DNA of 64,000 nucleotides from Candidatus Latescibacterota bacterium (GCA_965221775.1 CBDCSU010000005.1:704001-768000); one strand, 5' to 3'. Counted from the stretch's first letter, positions 27,890 through 37,344 are shown. Program-made: numbers and translations. Notes: a model not told the origin generated them from the sequence alone.

Positions 27890-28830
27890 GGGGTCCAGGT
27901 CCCGGCCAGCCCGGAGTACTCCCGAGCCTGGCCGGCGATGTCGACGCCCACCTCCGCGGACCAGGCGTCGAGGATCTCCCGGAACACCGGGCCGGGGCGG
28001 CCGTCGCCGATGGGGCGGAAGTCGAAGCGCGTCACCGGCACCATGCAGATGGAGGTGCTCGTGAACCATGCCTCTTCGGCGCCGCGCACATCGTAGGGCT
28101 CCAGGTCGGCCTCGATCACGGGACGGCCGAGCTTCTCCGCCAGCTCCATGCAGGCGGCCCGGGAGACGCCGCGCAGGATGTCGTGGGGATGGGGCGTCAG
28201 GATCTGCCCTTCCTTCACCATGAAGAAGTTGTTGCCCGTGCCTTCGGTGACGAAGCCGCGCTCGTCGGTGAGCAGGGCCATGGCCCCCTCCTCCATGCGG
28301 CTCACCTGCAGGTCGGCGCGCTTGTAGAAGATGCGGCTGCGGCTCTTCACCTTCGGGTCGATGTAGCGCGCCGGCACCGACTGCTGCTGGGGGACGATGA
28401 AGTGGGCCCCCGACTCGTACTTGTCGGCCATGCCGCCGATGTGGCGCACCAGGGGGATGACGTTGATCGTCACGATGGGACTCTCCCCCTCGGGCACCAG
28501 CTCGGCATAGAGCCCCAGGGCCCCGCGCGTGACGTCGTGCATGATCTGGTAGTCGTAGTCGCCGAGGGCCTCGCGGTTGCGCTCGATGGTGGCGTACGTG
28601 GCCTCCTCCATCTCGTCGATGGTCATCTCCAGGTCGATCTCGGCGTAGTCGATGGAGGCGTAGAGGCGATCGAGGTGGTCGCGCAGGCGGTAGGGCTTCT
28701 GCCCGAAGGAACGCGTCATCTCGAAGACCATGTCGCCGTACATCAGGGCCGAGTCGAAGATGGAGATGCGGGCTTCGCTCTCGGGGATGAACTCCCCGTT
28801 GAAGTAGACCCGGCGGCTCGACATGAACAT
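27886..28830 (-). CDS. Class IV PLP aminotransferase (branched-chain/D-amino acid type)
   Basis: YGDMVFE, KVKSRSR, TEGTGNNFF, ILRGVSR, EEAWFTST. Confidence 0.9.
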   Translation of the reverse strand: MFMSSRRVYFNGEFIPESEARISIFDSALMYGDMVFEMTRSFGQKPYRLRDHLDRLYASIDYAEIDLEMTIDEMEEATYATIERNREALGDYDYQIMHDVTRGALGLYAELVPEGESPIVTINVIPLVRHIGGMADKYESGAHFIVPQQQSVPARYIDPKVKSRSRIFYKRADLQVSRMEEGAMALLTDERGFVTEGTGNNFFMVKEGQILTPHPHDILRGVSRAACMELAEKLGRPVIEADLEPYDVRGAEEAWFTSTSICMVPVTRFDFRPIGDGRPGPVFREILDAWSAEVGVDIAGQAREYSGLAGTWTP

Positions 28831-28879
28831 CCTCCCCTTTGCGTGGATCTCCCGGCGGGCGCCGGGAAGGGGACCCGCG

Positions 28880-29872
28880 TCAGCCGCGGATCCCTCTCAT
28901 GAGGGTTTCCTGCACCAGCAGCTCGTGCTCGTACGGCCGATCCGGCTCCTGGTCGCCGGCGATCGTCGCCAGGAAGGCGGCCAGCTCCGCGTCGTAGCAG
29001 CTCTGGCGGTCGCGGCCCTCGACCTCGAGGAGCTGCTCGCCCTTGCGGTAACCGCCGCGGTCCTCGTCGAGGCAGAGCCGCACGGTGTGGGCGGGCTCGA
29101 AAGGCTCCACGATGATGGCGCTGCCTTTGGTGCCGTAGACCTCGAAGCGGCGCGCCATGGGCGCCGTCTCCATGGCGGCGATGTCGACGATCGCCATGGC
29201 CCGGTCGAACTCGTAGACCCCGAGGGTGTTGTCGCTGAAGGCGGGAACCTGCCCCGTGTCGTTGCGCAGGAAGGCGGTGACCCGCGTGGGCCGGCCCAGC
29301 ATCCACACGATCAGGTCGAGCATGTGGCCGGCGAGGTCGTAGTGAACGCCGCCGGCGTGGGCCTCGGCGATGCGCGCACGGGCCTCGGCGGGGACACTGG
29401 TCGACATGTGGGCGCGCACGGCGAAGACGTCGCCGAGAAACCCCGAACGCGCCCATTCCATCACCTGGGCGAAGACCGGGTTGTAGCGCAGCATGTAGCC
29501 CATCTGCACGAGCAGGCCCTGCTCGCGGGCGCGGGCGAGGACGCGCTCCCACTGCCCGTAGTCGTCTCCTGCGGGCTTGTCGTACCACACATGCTTGCCC
29601 GCGGCGACGACCTGCTCGGTCTGGTCGAGACTCTGCGAGTTGCGCCCCTCCGAGGCGACGGCGGCGATGCTGTCGTCGCCGAGCATTTCCTCGGCGGTTT
29701 CGTACCAATGCAGGCCCTCGTACACGGCATCGTCAGCGGCCCGGCGGCGCTCCTCGGCGTCGGGCTCGCAGATGCCGGCCACCTCGACGCCCCGGTTGCT
29801 CCTCATGGAGCGCATCTTGCCCGCGGCGTGGCCGTGGCCGGTGCCGATCTGGGCCATGCGCACTTTGTTCAT
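28880..29872 (-). CDS. Gfo/Idh/MocA oxidoreductase
   Basis: IGTGHGH, AGKHVWYDKP, GYMLRY, DLAGH. Confidence 0.88.
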   Translation of the reverse strand: MNKVRMAQIGTGHGHAAGKMRSMRSNRGVEVAGICEPDAEERRRAADDAVYEGLHWYETAEEMLGDDSIAAVASEGRNSQSLDQTEQVVAAGKHVWYDKPAGDDYGQWERVLARAREQGLLVQMGYMLRYNPVFAQVMEWARSGFLGDVFAVRAHMSTSVPAEARARIAEAHAGGVHYDLAGHMLDLIVWMLGRPTRVTAFLRNDTGQVPAFSDNTLGVYEFDRAMAIVDIAAMETAPMARRFEVYGTKGSAIIVEPFEPAHTVRLCLDEDRGGYRKGEQLLEVEGRDRQSCYDAELAAFLATIAGDQEPDRPYEHELLVQETLMRGIRG

Positions 29873-29967
29873 CGATCTGATCTCCCTTGCGGTCCTGAAG
29901 CGGGCAAGAGTATCCCGGGGCGGGCGGGCGTGCAAGGGCCGGCTTTGCCTGGCTCCCGGGGACCGGG

Positions 29968-29996
29968 TTGACTATGTGTCTCGGCGGCCCATTATA
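29968..29996 (+). promoter_or_regulatory. Putative sigma70 promoter of the hsd locus
   Basis: TTGACT at 29968 followed 16-17 nt later by CATTAT/ATTATA, ~45 nt upstream of the hsdR ATG. Confidence 0.45.
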
Positions 29997-30041
29997 GGAC
30001 CACCGGAACTCGGAGACCTTACGACAACCCGGCCTTGTGAG

Positions 30042-32882
30042 ATGAGCGAGACTCCCGAGCAACGCGCCCGCCGCGACATCGACGCGAACCTGGAGGCGGC
30101 TGGGTGGCTGGTCCAGGACAAGGATGAGGTCGATCTCTCCTCGGGCCTCGGCGTCGCCGTGCGCGAGTTCCCCATGAAGCGCGGCTTCGGCACCGCCGAC
30201 TACCTGCTCTACGTCGACCGCACGATCGCCGGCGCCATCGAAGCCAAGGCGGAGGGAACCCTGACCGGCGTGGAGGCGCAGTCGGCGAAGTATGCCGAGG
30301 GCGTCGCCGACGATCTCAACGCCTATCGCATCCCCCTGCCCTTCCTGTTCGAGGCCAACGGCTCCGTAGCCTACTTCACCAACGGGCTCGACCCGGTGCC
30401 GAGGAGCCGCCCGGTCTTCAACTTCCCGAGGCCCCAGACGCTTCGGGCATGGATGGACCAGCCCTCGTCCCTGCGCGCTCGGCTGAGAGAGCTGCCGCCC
30501 CTGGACGAATCCCGCCTGTGGTCGGTCCAGGCCCGCGCCATCCGCAACCTCGAACAGTCCTTTGCCAAGGCCGATCCTCGTGCGTTGATCCAGATGGCGA
30601 CGGGGTCAGGCAAGACCTTCGCCGCCGTCAACGTCGTCTATCGCCTGCTCAAGCACGGTGGGGCCCGGCGCATCCTTTTCCTGGTGGACCGCACCAATCT
30701 CGGCAAGCAGGCCGAGGACGAGTTCGCCAACTTCACACCGCCGGACGACGCCCGGAAGTTCCCGGAGCTCTATACCGTCCACCGCCTCACGGCCAACTCG
30801 ATCAACCCCGCGGCCAACGTGGTCATCACCACCATCCAGCGGCTCTATTCGATGCTGCGAGGCGAACCCGACTACGACCCCGGCAACGAGGAAGGCTCGG
30901 GCTTCGAGTCCGCGGGGCGATGGCGCGGAGACCCACCCGAGGTGTCCTACAACGCCACCGTACCGCCGGAATTCTACGATTTCGTCATCGTCGACGAGTG
31001 CCACCGCTCCATCTACGACCTCTGGAGCCAAGTGCTCCTCTACTTCGACTCCTTCCTCATCGGCCTGACCGCCACGCCCGCCGGGCGCACCATCGGCTTC
31101 TTCAACCAGAACCTCGTCATGCAGTACGGCCACGACGAGGCGGTGGTGGACGGCGTCAACGTCGACTTCGACGTGTACCGCATCCAGACGGCGGTCACCG
31201 AGCAGGGCGCGACCATCGTGGCCGACGACACCGGCGTCTACGTGGACATGCGCAACAGGCTGACACGCAGAGAACGGCTGCAGCTGCTCAACCAGGATCT
31301 CACCTATACGGCCAACCAGCTAGACCGCGACGTGGTCTCGGAAAGCCAGATCCGCACCGTGCTGCGGGAGTTTCGCGACAAGGTGCTGCCCGAGGCCTTC
31401 CCGGACCGGGACGAAGTGCCAAAGACCCTGATCTTCGCCAAGGACGATTCCCACGCCGACGACATCGTCCGCATCGCCCGCGAGGAGTTCGGCGAGGGCA
31501 ACGACTTCTGTCAGAAGATCACCTACCGGACCGGCTTCACCCGGGTCACGAAGCCGGTGACCGACGAGGATGGAACCGAGAGGGAGGTGACGGAATGGGT
31601 GAAGACCGCCTCTCTCACCCCGGACGAGATCCTGGCCAACTTCCGCAACAGCTTCTTCCCGCGCATCGCCGTCACCGTGGACATGATCTCCACAGGCACC
31701 GACGTGCGGCCCATCGAGTGCGTGTTCTTCATGCGCAACGTGAGGTCGGCCGGCTTCTTCGAGCAGATGAAGGGCCGCGGCGTCCGCGTCATCTCGCCGG
31801 ACAAGCTGCGCGCAGTCACCCCCAGCGCCAATGGCAAGGACCGCTTCATCGTCGTCGACGCGGTGGGCGTGTGCGAGGAGGACAAGACCGATTCCCGGAC
31901 CCTGAACCGCCAGCCGTCGAGAACCCTCGAACAGGTGCTCAGCTACATCGCACGGGGCGGCATCGATCCCGAGGCCCTGACCACCCTCGCCGGCCGGCTC
32001 GGCCGCCTGCAGCGGGAGTTCACCCCGCCCCAACTCGCCGAACTGAAGGACATGGCGGACGGCAAGTCCTTCCCCGATCTCGCCCGCGATCTGCTCAACG
32101 CCTGTGATCCCGACGCCCAGCTCAAGGCCGCCCAAGAGCAGTTCGCGACAAGAAGCCCCACCGAGGAGGAGATCGAGCAGGCCGGCAAGCAGCTCGCCCG
32201 GGAGGCGGTGACGCCCTTCCTCAACGCCGCCTTCCGCCGCCGCATCCTTGAGATCCGCCAGCAGAACGAGCAGACCATCGACCGCCACACCATCGACGAT
32301 GTGCTCTACTCCGGCTTCGACGCCGCCGCCGTCGAGAAGGCGCGGGCCAAGGTGCAGGACTTCCGCGCCTGGATCGAGGACCACAAGGACGAACTCATGG
32401 CTCTCCAAGTGCTATACGCCGGGACCCGTCCGCTCAGGCTGTCCCTCAGGGACCTGCGCGAGTTGAGAGATGCCCTGAGCCGGCCGCCCATTTCCGCCAG
32501 TCCGGTCCAGTTGTGGCGCGCCTTCGAGGCGGTAGAGGCGGACAAGGTCGAGGGGCAAGGCGGATTCCAACTGGCGGATCTCGTCAACCTCGTGCGTCAC
32601 GCCCTGGTCCCGAGCCGGACACTGGCCCCGTATCGGGAGGAGTTGGACCAGCGCTACCAGGCGTGGCTGCGGGAACGGGACGCCGACAACGCCTTCACCC
32701 CCGAGCAGCGGCAGTGGCTCGACCGCATGGCCGAGCACATCGCCACGAGCCTGGCCATCGAGCGGGAAGACTTCGAGACAGGATGGTTCGGACAGCAGGG
32801 CAGCCTCGGGCGGGCGCACGCGCTGTTCGGCGAGGAACTGAAACCGCTGATGACGGAGTTGAACGAGAGGCTGGCGGCGTGA
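30042..32882 (+). CDS. hsdR: Type I restriction enzyme R subunit
   Basis: ADYLL..IEAK nuclease motif; MATGSGKT, DECH, LTAT, TGTD, QMKGRG helicase motifs; EcoEI-type C-terminus. Confidence 0.93.
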   Translation: MSETPEQRARRDIDANLEAAGWLVQDKDEVDLSSGLGVAVREFPMKRGFGTADYLLYVDRTIAGAIEAKAEGTLTGVEAQSAKYAEGVADDLNAYRIPLPFLFEANGSVAYFTNGLDPVPRSRPVFNFPRPQTLRAWMDQPSSLRARLRELPPLDESRLWSVQARAIRNLEQSFAKADPRALIQMATGSGKTFAAVNVVYRLLKHGGARRILFLVDRTNLGKQAEDEFANFTPPDDARKFPELYTVHRLTANSINPAANVVITTIQRLYSMLRGEPDYDPGNEEGSGFESAGRWRGDPPEVSYNATVPPEFYDFVIVDECHRSIYDLWSQVLLYFDSFLIGLTATPAGRTIGFFNQNLVMQYGHDEAVVDGVNVDFDVYRIQTAVTEQGATIVADDTGVYVDMRNRLTRRERLQLLNQDLTYTANQLDRDVVSESQIRTVLREFRDKVLPEAFPDRDEVPKTLIFAKDDSHADDIVRIAREEFGEGNDFCQKITYRTGFTRVTKPVTDEDGTEREVTEWVKTASLTPDEILANFRNSFFPRIAVTVDMISTGTDVRPIECVFFMRNVRSAGFFEQMKGRGVRVISPDKLRAVTPSANGKDRFIVVDAVGVCEEDKTDSRTLNRQPSRTLEQVLSYIARGGIDPEALTTLAGRLGRLQREFTPPQLAELKDMADGKSFPDLARDLLNACDPDAQLKAAQEQFATRSPTEEEIEQAGKQLAREAVTPFLNAAFRRRILEIRQQNEQTIDRHTIDDVLYSGFDAAAVEKARAKVQDFRAWIEDHKDELMALQVLYAGTRPLRLSLRDLRELRDALSRPPISASPVQLWRAFEAVEADKVEGQGGFQLADLVNLVRHALVPSRTLAPYREELDQRYQAWLRERDADNAFTPEQRQWLDRMAEHIATSLAIEREDFETGWFGQQGSLGRAHALFGEELKPLMTELNERLAA

Positions 32883-32894
32883 GCCTGCTACCCG

Positions 32895-32900
32895 TATAAT
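32895..32900 (+). promoter_or_regulatory. Consensus -10 hexamer upstream of the DUF433 gene
   Basis: TATAAT in GC-rich DNA, 24 nt before the ATG; no clear -35. Confidence 0.45.
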
Positions 32901-32923
32901 CCTTCCGCGCAAAAGGAAGATAT

Positions 32924-33535
32924 ATGGTCACGGCGAAAGAACTGACGGATTCCTGGTCGGCGAACGAAGCGGCCTGCGTCACCGGCGTCCCCCTGAAGCA
33001 GGTGCACCGCATCATCGACACCGGTCTATTGGCTGACGCGGTCGAGATCCGCAACGGTGCGCGCTTTGTCCTCGGCGCCGGCCTCGTCGGCCTGAAGCTG
33101 GCCCATCAGATGGGTCCCGTCCTGACCCGCGAAGGGCGGCGGCGGCTGATCCGGCACCTCATCGACAAGCCGGCTGCCGAGGCCGTGCGCGACGAAGCCC
33201 TTTCCATCGACGTGCGGCCCATGGCGGAGGAGGTGCGCCGTGGTATCGCCAAGCTGGCACGGGCGAAGCAGATGGCCGAGGTCGACGACCGGGTCCTTGG
33301 CGGCACGCCCTGCTTCAAGGGGACGCGCATCCCGATTCACGATATCGCCGCGATGCTCACCAACGGCGACACCGTGGCTGAACTCCAGGCCGCCTACCCA
33401 AGGTTGACCGAGGCGCAGATCACGGCCGCGCCCCTGTATGCCCAAGCCTATCCGCGCCGCGGCCGTCGTCCGCAGGCACTCCCGTGGAGAGGGAAGCGCC
33501 CTGTCTCCTCGTCGGTGATCGGCTTCGACGATTGA
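32924..33535 (+). CDS. DUF433-domain antitoxin-like protein with N-terminal HTH
   Basis: LGGTPCFKGTRIPI..GDT..ELQAAYPRLT..QI.AA..Y; N-terminal EAACVTGV.LKQV.R. Confidence 0.85.
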   Translation: MVTAKELTDSWSANEAACVTGVPLKQVHRIIDTGLLADAVEIRNGARFVLGAGLVGLKLAHQMGPVLTREGRRRLIRHLIDKPAAEAVRDEALSIDVRPMAEEVRRGIAKLARAKQMAEVDDRVLGGTPCFKGTRIPIHDIAAMLTNGDTVAELQAAYPRLTEAQITAAPLYAQAYPRRGRRPQALPWRGKRPVSSSVIGFDD

Positions 33536-33564
33536 TGACGGAACTTAGCGAAAGGAGGGACCGC

Positions 33565-35289
33565 GTGAGCGAGGGTCCGGGACTTCCGGCGGGATGGTCG
33601 GCTACTCCCCTTGGTGAAGTCGCAACTATCAATCCTCCGTTTGACCGGAGCACCATCGACGATGATACAGAGGTGTGTTTTGTCCCCATGCGTGCGGTGG
33701 CAGCCGAAGGTGCCGGTTTGGTCTCCCCAGAGACACGCCAGTACCGCGATGTGAGAAAGGGCTACACCGCGTTCTTGTCCGGCGATGTAATCATGGCGAA
33801 GATCACACCGTGCGCGGAGAACGGCAAGACGACCGTTGTGCCTGACGTCCCCGGCGAGGTGTGTTTCGGCTCAACGGAGTTCCATACGATCCGACCGGAA
33901 CGGGGCGTGCAGGCGGAGTGGATAGAGCAGTTTCTCTTGCAGCACGAGACCCGTCGGAACGCCCAGCGGGCAATGACAGGTGGTGTAGGACAAATGCGAG
34001 TGCCCGCGGCATTTCTCAAGACTGCCACAATTCCGCTCGCACCGACGGCCGAGCAATCCCGCATCGGCGAAGCACTCGACGAACTGTTCTCCGATCTGCA
34101 CGCCGGCGTCACGGCGCTGCAACGGGCACGGGAGAAGCTGAGTCTCTATCGCGCCGCGGTGCTGAAGGCCGCGGTGGAAGGATCGCTCACCGCCGAGTGG
34201 CGACAGCGGAATCCACCGATCGAATCGGGCGGCGAACTCCTGAAGCGAATCCTCGTGGAACGCCGGCGGCGCTGGGAGAAGGATCAGATCCGCAAGTTTC
34301 ACGAGAAGGGGAAGACGCCGCCGAGGAACTGGAAGGCTAGGTACAAGGAACCGGTCGCGCCCGATGTTGCAGAGTTGCCGGCGCTGCCCCCGGGGTGGTG
34401 CTGGGCGAGTTTCGATCAGATTGGTAGTGTACAAGGAGGCATTCAGAAGACGCCTGCTCGTGCACCCAGAGAGACCCATTACCCCTATCTTCGGGTCGCG
34501 AACGTCCATCGAGGTTCATTGGACCTCTCCAATCTACATCGCTTCGAGATGACGACGGAGGAGCTTGGTAGACTGCGACTGGAGCCGGGAGACATCCTTG
34601 TCGTGGAGGGAAATGGAAGCCGCACCGAGATTGGCAGGTGTGCGATTTGGTCCGGCGAGGTCGCAGACTGCGTTCATCAGAATCACATCATCCGGGTTCG
34701 TCCATTCGACGGATCTCTTCCAAGGTATCTTGACATCTTTCTGAATTCGCCTACGGGGCAGCTAGCGATTCAGAATGTGGCAAGTTCTACAAGTGGCCTT
34801 TACACGCTCAGCATTACCAAGATCAAGAGACTGCCACTCCCACTCCCCTCGATGACCGAACAGGAGGTCGTCGTTGAAGCTGTCGAAGACCAGCTCTCCA
34901 CCATCGAGCACCTCGAAGCCGACATCGAGACCAAGCTGGAGAGCGCCCAAGCCCTCCGCCAAGCCATTCTGAAGCACGCCTTCAGCGGCAAGCTGGTGCC
35001 CCAGGATCCAAACGATCAACCCGCCTCCGAGATCTTGGAGCGAATCGCCGCGGAGCGGGAAGCACACGAGGAAAAAGCCGCCTCGGCAAAGCGACCGGCA
35101 GGGGCCGCCGGCAAGGCGCGCCGGCGCCGGCGCTCCCGGACTCCGCAACGGCGTGGCGGCATCGACTTCGACAAGCTGGAGACCGAGCGCCGTCCTCTCG
35201 GAATCAAGGGAGACGAAGAGAGGTGGCCCAAGGAATTCGACGATCCGACGTTCAGCCGCCAAGTGCTGGGACTCGAGGAAGAGGAATAG
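33565..35289 (+). CDS. hsdS: Type I RM specificity subunit with a Phd-like C-terminal extension
   Basis: LPAGW, AKITPC.ENGK, PLAPTAEQ, LPPGWCW, YLRVANV, LKHAFSGKLVPQDP; GTG after AGGAGG (alternative ATG 33535); lower-GC TRD regions. Confidence 0.9.
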   Translation: MSEGPGLPAGWSATPLGEVATINPPFDRSTIDDDTEVCFVPMRAVAAEGAGLVSPETRQYRDVRKGYTAFLSGDVIMAKITPCAENGKTTVVPDVPGEVCFGSTEFHTIRPERGVQAEWIEQFLLQHETRRNAQRAMTGGVGQMRVPAAFLKTATIPLAPTAEQSRIGEALDELFSDLHAGVTALQRAREKLSLYRAAVLKAAVEGSLTAEWRQRNPPIESGGELLKRILVERRRRWEKDQIRKFHEKGKTPPRNWKARYKEPVAPDVAELPALPPGWCWASFDQIGSVQGGIQKTPARAPRETHYPYLRVANVHRGSLDLSNLHRFEMTTEELGRLRLEPGDILVVEGNGSRTEIGRCAIWSGEVADCVHQNHIIRVRPFDGSLPRYLDIFLNSPTGQLAIQNVASSTSGLYTLSITKIKRLPLPLPSMTEQEVVVEAVEDQLSTIEHLEADIETKLESAQALRQAILKHAFSGKLVPQDPNDQPASEILERIAAEREAHEEKAASAKRPAGAAGKARRRRRSRTPQRRGGIDFDKLETERRPLGIKGDEERWPKEFDDPTFSRQVLGLEEEE

Positions 35290-35332
35290 GCAGCCGACCA
35301 GCACCGACATCACACTCAGGAACATCGCTTCC

Positions 35333-35614
35333 ATGGAACTATCCTTGCAGGAGGCCGAGACCCGTCTCGCGGAGTTGGTCGCCGCAGCCCAAAAGGGCGA
35401 ACGTGTGGTCATTACGAAGGACGGTGAGCCCGCCGTTCAACTCGTGCGCTGTGAAAAAGAGCAGCGGCGCGGTTTCGACTGGGACCGGCTGAACGAGATC
35501 CGTCGCCGACTCGGGATCAAGGACGCCCCCACGGAAGAAGCAGAGGCGATGATAGCCGCCTTTCACGACTCCGCCCTCAGCCGCCGCGTGCTGGGACTTG
35601 AGGACGAGGAATAG
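35333..35614 (+). CDS. Phd/YefM-family antitoxin-like protein (copy 1)
   Basis: LQEAETRLAELV..AQKGERVVITKDGEPAVQLV. Confidence 0.85.
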   Translation: MELSLQEAETRLAELVAAAQKGERVVITKDGEPAVQLVRCEKEQRRGFDWDRLNEIRRRLGIKDAPTEEAEAMIAAFHDSALSRRVLGLEDEE

Positions 35615-35800
35615 GCTGACGGCCATGCAACATTGTCCGGGAGCGCCACGCAGAGTACAAACCGAAGCACGGTATGATGAGGACCCACCACGGGCGGCGT
35701 GCCTCAGACGTGGCGGCAAACGGTAGATCGATGCGGCGCCTGGATTCAACGAGGAATGAAGGCCACCTGTGAACCCTTCCCACGGACAAGGCAAAGGCAA

Positions 35801-36016
35801 GTGCTTCAACGTACTTATGTAGACTTGCCGTGCCCTGTTTGCAGTTACACCATGTCTGTTCAGATCAGATCAATCTGCCTTGAGGAATTAGTGTTCTGTC
35901 CCTGCTGTAAGGTGCAGGTAGATTTGATAGACGAGAGTGGCGGGATACAGCGAGCCTGTGACAATCTGTCATCGTCCCTATCGGGAATAGGCCAACCTCT
36001 GACGCTTGAATTGTAG
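35801..36016 (+). CDS. Small zinc-ribbon-like protein
   Basis: CPVC-x17-CPCC in lower-GC DNA; start uncertain (35699, 35756 or 35801). Confidence 0.5.
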   Translation: MLQRTYVDLPCPVCSYTMSVQIRSICLEELVFCPCCKVQVDLIDESGGIQRACDNLSSSLSGIGQPLTLEL

Positions 36017-36026
36017 AGGATTCTCT

Positions 36027-36995
36027 GTGCTCTACCTTCGTAATCTTCGAGTGAAGTTGCAGGAGAAAAGTAATCGGGTTCGCCGGACCGCATACCAGTC
36101 CTATAGGGTGGAACTCCGTTTCTTTCTGGAATTCCTCCAGTCGAATCCCTACACGAAGTCTCTGTTGGAGACTTTGCCTGAGATCAACTATAACGACCTC
36201 TGTAAGAACCTTCCGGAGCAAGGCATAGGCGGTGGGTACTTTGAGTTCACCCAGTCAGAAGCGGAGAGGGCGAAGTTCTTCTATTTGATCCTATCTGACT
36301 GCATTGAAGACTCAGATCGTCCAATCAGATGGGCTCACCGGTTCAGTAACGAACAGCAGTTTGACGCCATGCTTCAGGACTTTAATGAAGCGGTTCTTGA
36401 TCCTCTCGTGAGCTATTTGCACGAGAGGATTGAAGATTCTGGCAACCTGCTGTATGTGCTTGAGCGGTTCAAGATGAAGGTGGAGTGGTTTCGAGCACAG
36501 GAGTATTACGAACTCTACGAGGCTGGTGGAGAAGCCGCCATGAACCGTGCTCTTCGGGAATCTCTCTTTGATGGCGGTGTTGAGTATCCTTTCTCTGAGC
36601 CTGTTTCCCCATCAGGGAAGACAGATGTTCTATCCCTGCTTGATTCAGAAGATCCCTTGGTTCTTGAGGTCAAAGTCTTCGATGGTCAGAGTAGGCGTGT
36701 GAGCGGTGTGTCTCAGGGGTTTCATCAATTGACGCGGTACGCTCATGACTTTAATCAGAGTGTGGGATACCTGGTTGTGTTCAACTGTTCGGATGTGCCA
36801 TTGATTCTCCCGTCAGATCAGCCGTCGGACCAACTTGAATTCCCTCCTCGTATCTTGCATGAGGGTAATACTTACTTCCTCTTGCCTATTGATATAGGGC
36901 CAAATCGACCTAGTGCGAGTAAAGAGAAGCCTGGAGATCGACAGGTAGTTACCCGCGAGATGCTCTTCGCTGCCAAAGAGGAGGAGGCTCTATGA
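36027..36995 (+). CDS. Lower-GC hypothetical protein with C-terminal PD-(D/E)XK nuclease-like domain
   Basis: SGKTDV...LVLEVK...GFHQLTRY...GYLVVF; helical N-terminal part; AT-richer codon usage than flanks. Start 36006 or 36027. Confidence 0.7.
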   Translation: MLYLRNLRVKLQEKSNRVRRTAYQSYRVELRFFLEFLQSNPYTKSLLETLPEINYNDLCKNLPEQGIGGGYFEFTQSEAERAKFFYLILSDCIEDSDRPIRWAHRFSNEQQFDAMLQDFNEAVLDPLVSYLHERIEDSGNLLYVLERFKMKVEWFRAQEYYELYEAGGEAAMNRALRESLFDGGVEYPFSEPVSPSGKTDVLSLLDSEDPLVLEVKVFDGQSRRVSGVSQGFHQLTRYAHDFNQSVGYLVVFNCSDVPLILPSDQPSDQLEFPPRILHEGNTYFLLPIDIGPNRPSASKEKPGDRQVVTREMLFAAKEEEAL

Positions 36996-37056
36996 AGGTC
37001 GACGACTGTTCAGAAGGCCCGGCTGCACCTGCATCACACATTCAGGAGCATGGACC

Positions 37057-37344
37057 ATGGAACTGTCCCTGCATGAGGCGGAGACCCGCCTCGCCGAGTT
37101 AGTGACCGCCGCCGAAAACGGCGAACGGGTGGTGATTACGAAGGGCGGGGAGCCGGCCGTTCAACTCGTGCGCTGTCAACGAACGCAGCGCCGCGGTATT
37201 GACTGGGACCGGCTGAACGACATCCGTCGCGAACTCGGGATCAAGGACGCCTCTCCGGAAGAGGTGGCCGCCTGGAAGGCGGACTTCGAAGACGCGGCCT
37301 TCAGCCGTCGAGTGCTCGGTCTCGACGGTGAGGAAACGGCATAG
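37057..37344 (+). CDS. Phd/YefM-family antitoxin-like protein (copy 2)
   Basis: Close paralogue of 35333-35614 (MELSLHEAETRLAELV..GERVVITKGGEPAVQLV). Confidence 0.85.
   Translation: MELSLHEAETRLAELVTAAENGERVVITKGGEPAVQLVRCQRTQRRGIDWDRLNDIRRELGIKDASPEEVAAWKADFEDAAFSRRVLGLDGEETA

Larger units (their letters stand above)
32848..33570 (+). repeat. Degenerate direct repeat of the hsdR 3' end (32848-32884 and 33533-33570) flanking the DUF433 gene
   Basis: TGATGACGGAgttgaacgagAGGctggcgGCGTGAGC versus TGATGACGGAacttagcgaaAGGagggaccGCGTGAGC. Confidence 0.7.

Noticed and set aside
29577-30041. Long N-terminal extension of HsdR
   Set aside because: Antisense to the Gfo/Idh gene; HsdR-like sequence begins at MSETPEQRAR (30042).
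33565-35289. Phase-variable hsdS shufflon
   Set aside because: Single hsdS, no inverted repeats, no silent TRD copies and no recombinase.
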